This document shows, in pieces, positions 1 through 12,779 of a stretch of DNA of 64,000 nucleotides; positions within the stretch are counted from its first letter, which is position 1, and every line of letters starts with the position of its first letter. The DNA is from Octopus vulgaris. Taxonomy: Eukaryota. The stretch covers positions 4,588,001 to 4,652,000 of the forward strand of contig OX597818.1 in NCBI GenBank assembly GCA_951406725.2, written 5' to 3'. The translations under genes were made by a program, and so were the position numbers. The notes under the pieces were generated by a model. That model searched no databases and had not been told where the DNA came from. It saw only the letters and a program-made list of their open reading frames with translations.

Positions 1-4
1 TTAC

Positions 5-36
5 GTAACCCCAGGTTTACTGAAACAACTGTCAAG
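5..36 (+). ncRNA. 3' half of a putative minimal hammerhead ribozyme, cut by the window edge
   Basis: Stem gtaacc/ggtttac is followed by GAAAC-AACT-GTC. The CUGANGA half is not visible and may lie upstream of base 1. Confidence 0.3.
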
Positions 37-295
37 TTTTGAAATTACATATTTTATCTTATTTTGTACTTTTATTCTGTATTCTTTTGTGCTCCATGTA
101 AATAAATGTATATCAAGTCTGTCTTCAACGTCATTACTATCCCCATTTCAGTACAATTTGGATTTTTTAATAGAAATTTTAGCCTTGCATGAAGAATTCG
201 GAATTTAAGTTAAATTTTTTTGAGCATTACTATGAGTCTTCTATACTGAGTATACCCAGGTCGCCTATTGTCTGTCTGTCCCTTTCTTTTTTCCC

Positions 296-348
<53 letters not shown>

Positions 349-478
349 TGTCAAATTGTCTTTAGGCTGGCCGCACAGCCTTCAGCGTTCGCTTTCTAGA
401 AGATAGTATTCTTGTGATTACGTAACTGGGGTTTGACCTTGATCCGTCCACATTTCCCTATTGTGTTAAAGAGTAAAT

Positions 479-987
479 ATGGTCGCTCCGCTAACATTGT
501 ACACCAATGAAGAACAGAGATCAGTGATCTGATTTCTCTGGTCAGAAGGTGTTTCAGGGCTGAAATTTATCGCAGGTTTTCAGTGCAATACAGTGACAGC
601 ACTCTACCACGTAGAAGTGTATATAAGAGCATCGAAAAATTACCGGACAAGTGCGAAACAGGAAGAGAAGAGAGGACACCAATCAACCTCCACCACTGAC
701 GTGAAGATTCAACAAGCTCGAAATATGGTTCTGGCGAACTGACGAGTGGTCATCGATAAGGTGGTATGTTCTCGCAAATTAATCATGGTTCTGCATACAA
801 AGTCATCCTCAGTAAGCTCCCCCTTCCATAAAGTTTGTGTAAGAACGGTGCCAAAAAAGCTTACCGAAGCGAATAAGTGCAATCGTGTAGAGATCTGTCA
901 ATGCTTACTCGACCGTTATTATGATGAAGGCGAAGCTTTTTTGGAGGGAATAGTCACGAGAGATGGGTCCATCACTTTGAACCAGAA
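479..987 (+). mobile_element. mariner transposase remnant (N-terminal HTH to first catalytic Asp)
   Basis: Frameshifted translation gives EEQRSVI.FLWSEG, KVCVRTVPKKLTE (WVPxxL-like) and FLEGIVTRD. Confidence 0.8.
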
Positions 988-1065
988 ATGCTGGCCATGG
1001 CCGAAACTTGCAATTCATACAGAATCCCGAGATCTTTTGTCAAATCAAGTTTTATCGTTGTGGAA

Positions 1066-1152
<87 letters not shown>

Positions 1153-1487
1153 TGTGGTCAACCCATTGAAATTTCATTACAAAGCATTTTTTCTTTTTTC
1201 TCTTCTTCCTTCCTTTCTCATTGTATACCAATCAATATATTTGTAAATAAACATTTTCTCATAGATGACCTTTCAAGATGTCGATTTTAGGAAGTAGGAT
1301 AGGAAAGATAAGAAAAGAGAGGAAGAAGAAAAGAAAGAAAAATCGATTCTTAAGTGGGTAAAGTTTGAAAATAAAAGGAATTCAAAGTCTCAATACACAC
1401 ACACACATACAGACACACACGCACACACATACACACATACACACGCACACACATACACACACATACATATATACTTACATATATATA

Positions 1488-2285
1488 TATCGAAACGTTC
1501 CTGGTAGTTCTGTGGCGCGGCAACATATGACAGCACATGATTGCGTGTGCAGTGAGAGCTAGCGATGACCTTCATGAGGCAGTGTGACAAGTGACATCGC
1601 TGTGTTTACTTCGCAAGTTGTGAAATTTGTGTTTTATGACCATGTGTAAGCTGTAGTCTGCGATTTTCGTCATGGACAAGAAGTTGGAAGAAAGAGCCAA
1701 CGTGAAATTTTGCGTTAAACCTGGGAAGTCTGCTACAGAGATATTGAGCATACTAAGGCAAGCTTACGGCGACGAGGCAATGTTTCGAGTGGCACGAGCA
1801 CCTCAAAAGCGAAAGAATCTCTCTGGAAGATGAGGAGTGATCTAAAAGACCTGCCACGAGCGTCACACCCGGAAATGTGGAGAAAATTCATTAGCTTGTG
1901 CATGAGTATCATCGGAGAACAATCAACACCATTGCTGATGTTGTTGGTCTACCATATGGGCCCGCGTAGGCACTCCTAACGTCTGAATTGAATATGCGGA
2001 GTGTTTCTGCCAAGTTTCTCCCCCGCCTGCTGACCTCTGAGTAGAAAGACCATGTGTCAAAGTCATTCAAGATCTCCATCAGCGTGCCGCTGATGACCTA
2101 TCCTTCATGTCGAGGATCATCACTGGTGATGAGCGTTTGGTCTACGGGTACGACCCTCAGACGAAGCAGCAGTCGTCTCAATGAAAGAGGCCTTAATTTC
2201 CACGATCGAAGAAGGCATGACAGAGCCGCAGCTCAATCAAGAGCATGCTCATAATTTTTTTAGACATCCGCCGTATTGTGCTATC
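1488..2285 (+). mobile_element. mariner element, 5' part, decayed
   Basis: ATG at 1672 reads MDKKLEERANVKFCVKPGKSATE, later VSAKFLPRLLT and FMSRIITGDE. Multiple stops and frameshifts. Confidence 0.85.
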
Positions 2286-3030
2286 AGACACCAAAATTGA
2301 AGAGAATGTATTTGTAGCACCAGATATAAGGAAACTCATCAAGGATGAAAATTTTGAAAACTCTCTTAGTATTCTGAAAAAGATGTATGAATTAAATTTA
2401 AAGATGTGAGGCAAAACTTCTTGGGTAGTGACAAGGATCCAGACTACAAAGACATTGTGGGAAGAGTGCTGGAAATTTTGATGATGTAAAATGAGATTTT
2501 AAGTTCATTTCCTACATCAGTAATGGATGTGCGTAAAGAGCAAGGGAAATGGTTTCATCAAGACAAAATAAAAGAAGATATCAGGGAAGATGAAATGTCA
2601 CTATGATGGCTGACTATTGTTGGATATTGTATCTTGAATGTCTATTAAATGCTCACAAGCAGAAGAGTTCCAGGCATAGTTTCCAAGGGAAAAGGAAGAG
2701 ATTTTGAGGTGCCTTTTCACCTCTCAATTGCATTTGTACCATTTACATCATATAGGCGCAGACGTGGCTGTTTGGTAAGATACTGGTAAACTGACTGAAA
2801 CGGGTAAAAGATAAAGATAAAAGATTTTATTTTGCTAAATAAAGTACCAACAAAATTTTTATTAGTTTCATTTTGACCTACTATATATGGATTTACCTAC
2901 AAGTGATGGAATATTTTATCATTATATTGCTGGAAAACCTTAAAAAGGAATTTTTGATATTTCGAATTAGCATTACAAAAATATATAAAGTAACATATTA
3001 TCAAAAGAATTTTCAAAAAGTTCCAGTAAA
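2286..3030 (+). mobile_element. DNA transposon 3' remnant, probably Chapaev3/CMC-like
   Basis: Decayed FVAPDIRKLIKD, NFLGSDKDPDYKDIV, KVHFLH, EQGKWFHQD, RRYQGR and MMADYCWIL. The family name comes from recalled motifs, not a search. A short SINE fragment sits near 2754-2822. Confidence 0.6.
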
Positions 3031-3175
3031 CTTGTTATATATATATATTAATATATACATATATAAAAGGGATTATATACATGTGTGTGTGTGTATGTAC
3101 ATATATTTATACTCACACAAACACATACGTACTTGCTTACATACATACACACACATACACAAACGCACACACACA

Positions 3176-3210
<35 letters not shown>

Positions 3211-3251
3211 CTACATACACGCACAGAAAGTATGTGTGTCTCTGCGTTGAA

Positions 3252-3790
3252 TGAGAACTTGTAATTTTTATGGTGATTCATTAATTGGGTTCCAGCAAAG
3301 GAAATATATGCTCTCTAGTAATGAGTTACAGAACCCACTAAAGTGATACTTTAATAAAATAAAATAATTTTGAGCATTTAAGTGTTTTCCTTTTATGAAA
3401 ATACTGTATCACTTCTTGTGTTTCTCAGTAAATATGAGTAACATCACTTTGAACGTAACTTGAATTCAACTGCTAGTATCAACCAGATGTCTTACAGTTA
3501 ACAAGGCACCTTCTACATTGTTACTTCTAGCATGAAGTAGCAGCAAAATTTCTCTCAAATCTCACTCTAGTATCTTAAAATTGTGTAAGACAACATTGAA
3601 TATTGTAATACGAAGTTCAGAATCCTGAAAACAGAGGAAGGAATTCTTTTGACCCAATGTCCACCTAATCAGCACTGGCCTTGAGCTATATTAAAATAGC
3701 AGCAACAACCTAGTTATCATAAAAGGAAACAAAGTATTTTGAAATACTTATTACTGGAAGTTCTTTAGCTGACTTGAAATATAATAAAAT
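3252..3790. repeat. locally duplicated segment, copy 1 (others at 10769-10997 and 21339-21853)
   Basis: Shared gattcattaattgggttccagcaaaggaaatatatg...cactttgaacgtaactt. Copies 1 and 3 align over about 500 bp. Confidence 0.85.
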
Positions 3791-4000
3791 AGGGCTTACC
3801 TTGTATAAATTACAAAGAAACAGCTATTTTGGTATCAATTAATTTCACCTTTTGTACCGTAGCACTTAAGGATCGTCAGCCAAGCTTACTGTAGTCATTT
3901 ATTTTTCAAAATAGAAAATCGGATAAAATATATGTAAATGCGTGTATGCATATGCATACATACATATGTATGTATGCATATGTATATATGTGTATATTTA

Positions 4001-4342
4001 TATCTTTTATCTTTTACTTGCTTCAATCATTTGACTGCGATGATGTAGGGGCACCGTCTTCAATTAGAACACATCGACCCAACACTAATTTTTTCAAAGC
4101 CTGGTACCTATTCTAAGGGTCTTTTCTTGCCGAACCGCTAAGTTACGGGGTTGTAAACAAACCGACACAGGCTGTCAAGTGGTGGTGGGGTCAAACGCAA
4201 AGGCATGCACATATAGATATATACATTTATATACGACAATATTCTTTCAGTTTCTGTCTACTAAATCTATTCACAATGTAGAAGACATGTGCCACGCAGT
4301 GGGACTGAATACGGAACCGTGTGATTTGAAAGCAAGCTTCTT
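4001..4342 (-). mobile_element. tRNA-derived SINE (family A), decayed
   Basis: Reverse-complement similarity to 34805-35214 (cagtgggactgaa, gccgaaccgctaagttacgggg, A-rich repeat tail). Confidence 0.8.
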
Positions 4343-4770
4343 TTTCCATCTATATGCATATGCGTATAGAAAAATGTATAATTTCTTATGCGTTTATGTG
4401 GATTGGTATGCAGTTCCATGCGTGTATTTATCTGCATTTTCACAAATTGCGGCCTGAACATGATACATGTTACTCCTTTAATTTCACGCCCAACAGCGTA
4501 AACGATAGCAAATTCACTATCAAAGCAGAATAATAGTTTCCACCAAATATTTCTCTTAAAGACTTCCTACAATCAAATACTTTCGTCTCATTGTTCTTTG
4601 TTTCCTACTTCCTACACAACCACACCTAATTTTCATTCGCATTACTGCACCTAACTTAGGAACATGTTGCCAGAAAGAACCAAAGTAAACCACAGTTTAC
4701 GGCAAGAAAGTCGAAAGTCATTATCAGTCTTTTCCTTGTAAAACATCTCTGTCTGTCTGTCTATCTATCA

Positions 4771-4894
<124 letters not shown>

Positions 4895-5146
4895 GCTTGC
4901 CTGCCTGACTGCCTGACTGCCTGCCTACCTGCCTGCCTGCCTGTCTGTCTGTCTGACAACCTGCCCACCTACCTACCTGCATGTATAAATTGTATGATGC
5001 AATATATTAATAAATGTTTACTTCTGAAATACGTTTGATTAAACCCAAATTATCTTTTGTTTCAACTTTATTACACACATATACAAACACGGGCGCACAC
5101 ACATATATAGAAAGGTAAATGAATATATATTATGTATAATATTTAT

Positions 5147-5224
<78 letters not shown>

Positions 5225-5312
5225 AGTGTATACATATATTTATATATATATATAAAGAAATATATATATATTTCTTTAGAATTCACTAGAATCTCAATTA
5301 CTTAACCGAATA

Positions 5313-5351
<39 letters not shown>

Positions 5352-5426
5352 ATATCTTCTTACCCTCTTAGAGGATTTAAGTAAAATTATACAAATGTGT
5401 CCAACTGATTAAATTATTTCTATTTA

Positions 5427-5512
5427 TGCAGCTGAGGATAGCTCTGCATTTAAATTGATGTAATGTTTACATTGTTCAATTAAATGGAGCCGCTTGAAAC
5501 GGTCGTACTGCA
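5427..5512 (+). ncRNA. type I hammerhead ribozyme motif, canonical C3:G8, long stem II
   Basis: tgcag-CTGAGGA-[gctc..cattta..ttga / tcaattaaatggagc]-GAAAC-GGTC-GTA-ctgca, with a 5-bp stem I. Confidence 0.75.
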
Positions 5513-5662
5513 ACACCTCTGGATATCCTGTTGCATATTTTGATATGTTTGTATATATATATACATATAAATGAAGAACGATTAAATGAGTGCTCAACAC
5601 TGCATTGGTGGATATATAATTTCTTTATTTGTGAATTAAGGCTACCACTGGTTTCATGTTAA

Positions 5663-7965
5663 CTCTTGGTCTACCAGAGAAAATGTATGTCACTAATTAC
5701 CAACTGGGTCCAATGGACCCAGTATTTTTCTTTTAATTAAATTCTATTCAGACTACCACTATTTCTTAGCTACATAATATATACTATCAGGTGAATGAAG
5801 AATTACTGTTTCTAACAAATTTCAATAAAAATATACAGCTTACAAAATATATAAATTTTTTAAAATTACAAAAATACAGAATTACAGTTCTTCATGGCAG
5901 TGAATGCTGACAACATTGGAATGTTCTTGGAAAACATGGATATTGCAATTCTTACATGTAATACAAGTTTTCCTGTCTTTTTGGGGTCACACAAAGAACA
6001 TTTTCCTTTTTTTTTTGGCTGAGGAATCTCAAATGAGGTTGAAGATCGTCTTCTTTTCTTGTTTGGTTGAGAAATGTTAGCGGAACTAGAAGATTGTTTG
6101 TCATATTCTTGTTTAGCATTAACTCCAGCAAGTTCCTTTCCTTACTGAATAAGGCACTGTCTTCTTTTATCCTTGAAACTTTGCAAGTGAAGCTGTTTAG
6201 CAACAATGAAAGCATTCACTGCAGTTATACCAATCATGTTGTAGAATATAATCATAAGCCATATTCGAGTCATTCTATCTTATCTAGGGTATCTACTCCT
6301 TTTGTTTTGTTGTAACATGTAATAACTTCAGGTTTCTTTTCGGCACTTTTTGAATCAATTGAAGGCTGAGAGTGCATTGTACTCATAAGTGTGACGACAT
6401 AATTTTTCTTGGGACAATAAGATAGGATCATAGTATCCTTTTGAATCCTAGACTTGTAAAGAAACGATCACAAGTTATATGGTGACCAGTATTTTCAAGT
6501 TCTTTTACTAGGTCTTCAACAACCCTTGAACCTTGATTTGTCACTTTCCCTTTTACTGGGACTTTTCCAGTGTAGATTTGCATTTTCCAGGCATAAGATG
6601 TTTCGCTGTCGCATATTGCCCAAATTTTAATTCCATATTTCCCTGGTTTTGAAGGAATATATACTCGGAATGGGCAGCGCCCTCTGAATGAAGCTAATTG
6701 TTCATCAGTTGTCATGCATCAACTTGGAACATATCCATCTTGCAAATTCTGATTCCACATTTCAAATACTTCTTTTGTGGACTCCAATTTATCATCACTT
6801 CTCTTTTTTCTTCTTGAACTAGCATCATCAAAATGTAATACTTGTAAAATCTATTGAAATCTTCCCCGGCTCATAATTTAGTTGAAATTTTGGCGGCCAT
6901 CTTCTTGACTCCATAATTGTGTGACATTTTCATGTTTAGATTTATAAACACCTATAAAAATAATTAGTGCAATAAATTTCTTTAATTCAGAGTGATGAAT
7001 TTCCTTTCATTTATCTTTGTAAACAACCTGATCTTTATTATTTGTTCATGACGCATGAAGATAGTAAAACATGTTTAAATTGCAAGACTTTTTAGCAAAA
7101 CGGGATGGTCCACATTCTTGGCGCACAATATTGCAAGATGAAATTCTTACTGCTGCTTAAGTTAGAGGTTTAGAATGCCAATCTTCTTGTCTGTATCTAG
7201 AAACATATTGCTCATTCATAATTGGGTGGCTTGCAGATAATTGTTTTTGAGTATCTTCATCACCTGATGGCACAGAACCTAAACTGTCCAGCACACAATC
7301 ACTTTCACCACCATCTTCAGAGCAATAGAAGGAATCACTGCTATGGGAAGAGTTCCCATTCTTCATCTAATTCCTATAACCTTTTTGATATTTGGTCTTC
7401 ACTCAAGTTTCCACGTCTAACCATATTGGAAAGCACAACTGAGCTACATGAAACTTGAAGCAGACCAAAGGCAGATATTGCTCTCCCACATATTTATACC
7501 CTCCTGAAAGGTGATGCAATATATTGTAAGAATTGCGTCATCAGATAGAAATTTTGTGTCACACTAGCAGATTGAAGGTGATGCAATACCACACAAATTT
7601 ACAGGAATATTTTCATGATTTTTCCTATTTTATCAAAAATTCAGCAAATAAATTGAATACAATTTTATCTATTTTATATCTGATAAATATCTAGGAAAAT
7701 AATATTTGACACTGCTTTTATTCTGTTAGAGTAGTGACTGAGTTTAATGCGAGGGTCCAATGGACTCATACGGTAATTAATGTATAAAGTGAAATTGTCT
7801 AGCTTTTATAAACTTACAGAAAATTTCCCATTTGACAAATAAAAGAGAGTCAAGAAAAAATAAGAGTCACAAGAAATCAGCAGAATCAAATAATATAAAC
7901 AGTAGGAAAAAGCAACTGAAAAAAAAACTGAAATGGGTCCATTGGACCCATTGGTACACGGAAGT
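5663..7965 (-). mobile_element. piggyBac transposon, near full length, transposase inactivated
   Basis: TTAA at 5659-5662 and 7966-7969. Subterminal GGGTCCA(A/T)TGGACCC repeats near 5707, 7753 and 7935. Protein reads TTDEQLASFRGRCPFRVYIPSKPGKYGIKIW...ITCDRFFTS with a Cys-rich C-terminus. An empty paralogous site lies at about 8483-8504. Confidence 0.93.
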
Positions 7966-8300
7966 TTAAGAAGAGTAGGAAAAGAACCAAAGTAAACCAC
8001 AGTCTTGTGGACAGTAAGAAAGTCGAAAGTCACTATCAATATTTTCTTTCTAAAACATGTCTATCAGTCTGTTTTTTTGCCTGTCTCCCTGTCTGCCTGC
8101 CTGTCTGTCTGCCTACCTGCCTACCTACCTACCTGCATGTATAAATTGTATGATGCAATATTTAAATAAATGTTTACTTCTGAAATACGTTTGATGAAAC
8201 CCAAATTATCTTTTGTTTCAACTTCATTCCACACACACACACACCACAAAAATCCACGCGCGTGCACACACACACATATACAGAAAGGTTCTACATTTAC

Positions 8301-8377
<77 letters not shown>

Positions 8378-8602
8378 TGTATGTATGTATGTATATAAAT
8401 GTAGAACGATGATATGCGTGCTCAACACCGCATTGGGAGATATATAATTTCTTTATTTGTGAATTAAGGGTACCATTGGTTTCATGTTAAGAAGGGTAGG
8501 AAAATATACTATTTTCCTGTTCTTAACATGAAACCAATGGTAGCCTTCATATATATATATATAGGTTATGAGGTTATGAGAGGTAATATATATATGTTAT
8601 AT

Positions 8603-8699
<97 letters not shown>

Positions 8700-8856
8700 T
8701 GCAAATAATAATATTTTGCCTGTCTGTCGTTGTCTGATTATGTCTCTATCAACATAAACACACGCACACGCACACACATAAATGCATACACACACTCACA
8801 CATATACATACATACACACACATATATATGCATTTAGACATATGTATATATGTACA

Positions 8857-9900
8857 TTAGGGTTAAGACTTTTTCACACCCTAATAACTGTATACTGTAA
8901 TTCGATGAATAATTTCATAAAAGTCAAGAAACTAACATTTATTTTGCTTTATTTGGAAAAATCGTCGCCCCACCCAACTTAAGAAATTGATCACCACTTT
9001 TGACCCAAATCATCAAAATTCTAAAGGTGTCCATAACACCTGCTCAAGTTTTTACCAAACTTGGTGTGCTGACTTAATGCAATGCAGAAATAGTATATCT
9101 GAAATTTCAGCTTTCTAGTTGAAGCAGTTTCAGAGTTAATGGCTTTTAAAACTATAATCACTAGGTGGCACTAGATTCACACTTCAGTATTTTCGATGCC
9201 TGAATCCTTGTAAACGCAAGAGAGATGTGGAATAAAAGTGTATTTATACATTTTTAAGATTACTGAACTGAAATTGCACTATGCAAAGGTTCAAAACTAA
9301 GTTATTTTAAGACAGAGCCCACTACAAACATTCGATAACATACAAAATTTAAAACAATACATATTTAAAAATTTATAGGTTTAATTCAAATTTTAAATAA
9401 CTGTATAAGAAAAAGGGTGCTGAATGTTAGCAAATTTTTAAACATAACAAAGAATTAATGTTTTGTTAGATAAAATCAATCGAAGCTGAAGTTTCTCCTT
9501 CTTTTTACGAACATCATGAAGGTCTTGAAGGCACCTGATTGTCCGTTCTGCACTCTGATTTGTTCTGGGAATTTCCAGTTTTAATGGTTCTCAACTCCAA
9601 AAGTTTTTACAGAGTTCAATGCTTTTTTATGAACTTGCAGGCTACTACATAACTTCTGATAATCATGTGCATTGTCAGTAAACCAAAAATCTTCCCAGCT
9701 GTAAGAGATGAATCGACAAACATTGAGAAGCAAAACTCTTTTTCCTGGTAGAAGAATAAATGCCAAAAGAGCTAGTATTGCTCGAGAATTCCATCTTGCA
9801 TTACTCAAGTTGGGTATTTTTGAAACTTTACAATAGGAAATTTGCCGGTTTTTGAAATAAACGAAAAACTCTGGTCAAATGAAATAGAAATTTCATGTCA
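8857..9900 (-). mobile_element. DNA transposon 3' remnant, hAT/hATm-like
   Basis: SNARWNSRAILALLAF and downstream IPRTNQSAERTIR resemble the hATm ARW and ND.AER motifs. A TAGGG terminus lies near 8858. Confidence 0.5.
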
Positions 9901-10014
9901 TTTCGCCATTCTGCTGATTCAGTAATCTTTTCTTCACCAGCAAAACCACGGTGGTGTTCCAACATGACCGCAGCTACACGGCTGAAACGAATAAAACAAT
10001 AAAATTATATATAT

Positions 10015-10070
<56 letters not shown>

Positions 10071-10110
10071 TTGTATGTATACTAAAGTTGAAACAAATAG
10101 ATAATGTGGC

Positions 10111-10236
10111 TTAACCACACGTATTTCAGAAGTAAGCATTTATTAATATATTGCATCATACAATTTATACATGCAAGATTGTATAAGATTTTGCAGTAAC
10201 GTGTTTACAAAATATTACCACGTCGTCAGGTAATAT
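10111..10236 (-). ncRNA. decayed hammerhead-like motif in a repeat related to 4975-5045 and 8131-8200
   Basis: attac-CTGACGA-(about 95 nt)-GAAAT-ACGT-GTG-gttaa. The cleavage triplet is non-canonical (GUG). Confidence 0.3.
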
Positions 10237-11066
10237 TCCATTAGAGGTTTATCAGGTGATATGCACCAATGGGGTTATGCTAGCATATGAAATTTCAAAT
10301 ATATAAAGAAACTAATCAAAAAGATTAGGTTCTCATGCTAAGCAGATTCATTATTTTAAAAATAAAGGACAAAGTAAAAATGAGAGTGTAAGGTAAGATG
10401 TATGTACGTACGTATGTATGTATGTATGTATGTATGTATGTATGTATGTATGTATGTATGTATGTATGTATGTATGTATGTATGTATGTATGTATGTACG
10501 TATGTATATAAACTATGAGATCACTGAGATAAGCTGAATAAGTCGTCAGGCGAAACTATAAGTATCAGTCAAAAGGAATTTTATAAATTTCATAACATTA
10601 TATATTCTGTTGTTATTCTTGAACTTTCTTTAAAATAATAACTTTAAATTTACTCACACGCACACACACACACACGCGCGCATGCACACACGCGTGCATG
10701 CACACACGCAACACATACATGCATTCACACACACACACGCACTTACACACCTATGTGTGTATGTGTGTTGAGAATTTGTCATTTTGGTTTTGATGGTGTG
10801 ATTCATTAATTGGGCTCCAGCAAAGGAAATATATGCTCTCTAGGAATGAGTTACAGAACTCACTAAAGTGGTACTTCAGTAAAATAAAATAATTCTAGTC
10901 TTTTAAGTGCTTTTCCTTTTAGAAAAATACTGTATCACTTTTTGAGTATCCCAGTAAATATGAGTGACATCACTTTGAACGTAACTTAAATTCAACAACT
11001 ACTATCATCTAAATACTAGCCGTTGTCAACAAGTGATACACTATGTGGTTAATTGTCTTACCAGAA

Positions 11067-12510
11067 GACCCCAATCTACTCGTGGAAAAACCCACAGGGG
11101 CCTGACCAACAGGGCAAGAGCCCTTCTTTTATTTTTCACAGGCGCATGCTCAATATGGGTCCTTTCGCACTGATCATTTTTCCGACATTCACCCACCTTT
11201 CAACAAATTTGCTAGGAGGCAACACTTCCCTCTCCACCATGAAAAGGTTCATGAGGGTTTGGCCAAAGAGGAAAGTATCCGTCTTTAGCCCTTTCAAACG
11301 TGTTCACGACACTACTTCTTTTGCTTCAGCCACCAGACAAAGGAGGGCGGCGGGGCAATCTTCACTATGGATTCAGCTGATAGCCGGATCCGTCCCACAC
11401 GCGACAACAGATATTCGACATAAACTCACAGGTCAGCAATGATCGGGCACTGAACGGGTGCGTGCCGAGCAGTTTCGTCGCTCTGCGTGCGCATCAAACA
11501 GGCTCAGCTGACAGCACTTCCGTGCCTGTAAAGTTTATCCCGAACAGGCAATCCACAGACCCCGGCCCGAAAGTCCTCCGGAACAGACCAGTAAGTTGAT
11601 CCTCGATGACGCCCAGACTTTCCCCGAGAACATCGTCGCACTTTTCCTCCACTAACCCTCTATAGAACGCCAGAGTGGAACTACCACCAAACGCATTGTC
11701 CGCCTGGCGGAGGACTGTGAGCGCTTGATGGCACTCGAGGTTCCAAGCGCCCCTCCTCGGTCTACGCCTAATCCAGGATTGTAGCTCACTCAAAGAGACG
11801 AGCTGTGGAAGAGCGAGTTTAACAAACGGTGACCACACCTGCTCACCGTCAAGGAAACGCTGTAGATGCCGCAGCCTGAGCGCATGTCTCCGCATCAGCA
11901 ACTACGGTATGCCCAGGCTCCCATTCAGCAGCTGTTGACAGCAGATGGAGCGCGCTGTCAGCAGAATGCGAATCCTCCACAGAAAGCGGAAGAGTATGCG
12001 GACCAGCTTATTCAGCCAACATGAGGGGCAAGGGACGACGGTCAAGCGGTAATAGATGACGGATGCAATGTATGCATTCGCCACCTCGCCTCGATCTTTC
12101 AGGGACAGCTTCCTCTCGGCCCATTTGAGTGAAATTGGCCACCCTGTTCGTCACCTCGTCCCAGTTTTTCTCCACCTGGCGGTCTGGGCCGAACAAGGAC
12201 CCCAAGCAATTTAACTGGACCGTCTATCTAGCGCCCCACGTCACTGTTGGACGTAATGGACTTGCCTCACCAGGTGCCGACTTGGAAGCTCACTGACTTT
12301 TCTGCGTTAATTTTTGCTCCTGTCACCGTTTCATATTCTTTTAGTGTGTCGTCAATCAGGTCTATGTGCCTGTGGCTCGACACTATGACGGTGACATCGT
12401 CAGCATAAAGAGACATGCTTCTACCACATCCTAGATCACGAGGGACACCCTTCAATATCTCCAGCTTCCGCAGTAGTAGTTCAAGAGTCAGTACATACAG
12501 AAGGGAGGGA
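11067..12510 (-). mobile_element. L1/Tx1-clade LINE, 5'-truncated and decayed
   Basis: RT motif SLYADDVTVIV, YETVTGAKINAEKS, IYYRLTVVPCP and a C-terminal Cys/His region. GC-richer than the flanks. Confidence 0.85.
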
Positions 12511-12779
12511 AAATAAACTCATACTGCAAATACCCAACAAAATTAACAAAGCCCGCATGTACCATAGAAGAACACAACCTGCGCTGCAGAAAAGACACAC
12601 AATATAAAAACTAATACAACATAAGACTCAGCCCAAACCCCATAACAAAACGTACTGATACAATATCCCCCTCCCCCACAAAAATGCAGCACAAAGGTGC
12701 GACAAATATTGCAATAGAAAGTTGCTTGAAACTTTCAGATGTCGAAAAATAATAGTGGTGAGACAGGAGTTTCCGAAGA

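Noticed and set aside
10523-10570. CTGAATA-a-gtc(gtca)ggc-GAAAC-TATAA-GTA
   Set aside because: It has a C3/U8 mismatch, and stem I works only if a deletion is assumed. It may be a decayed HHR but was left uncounted. It is a potential counter-example to the covariation claim.
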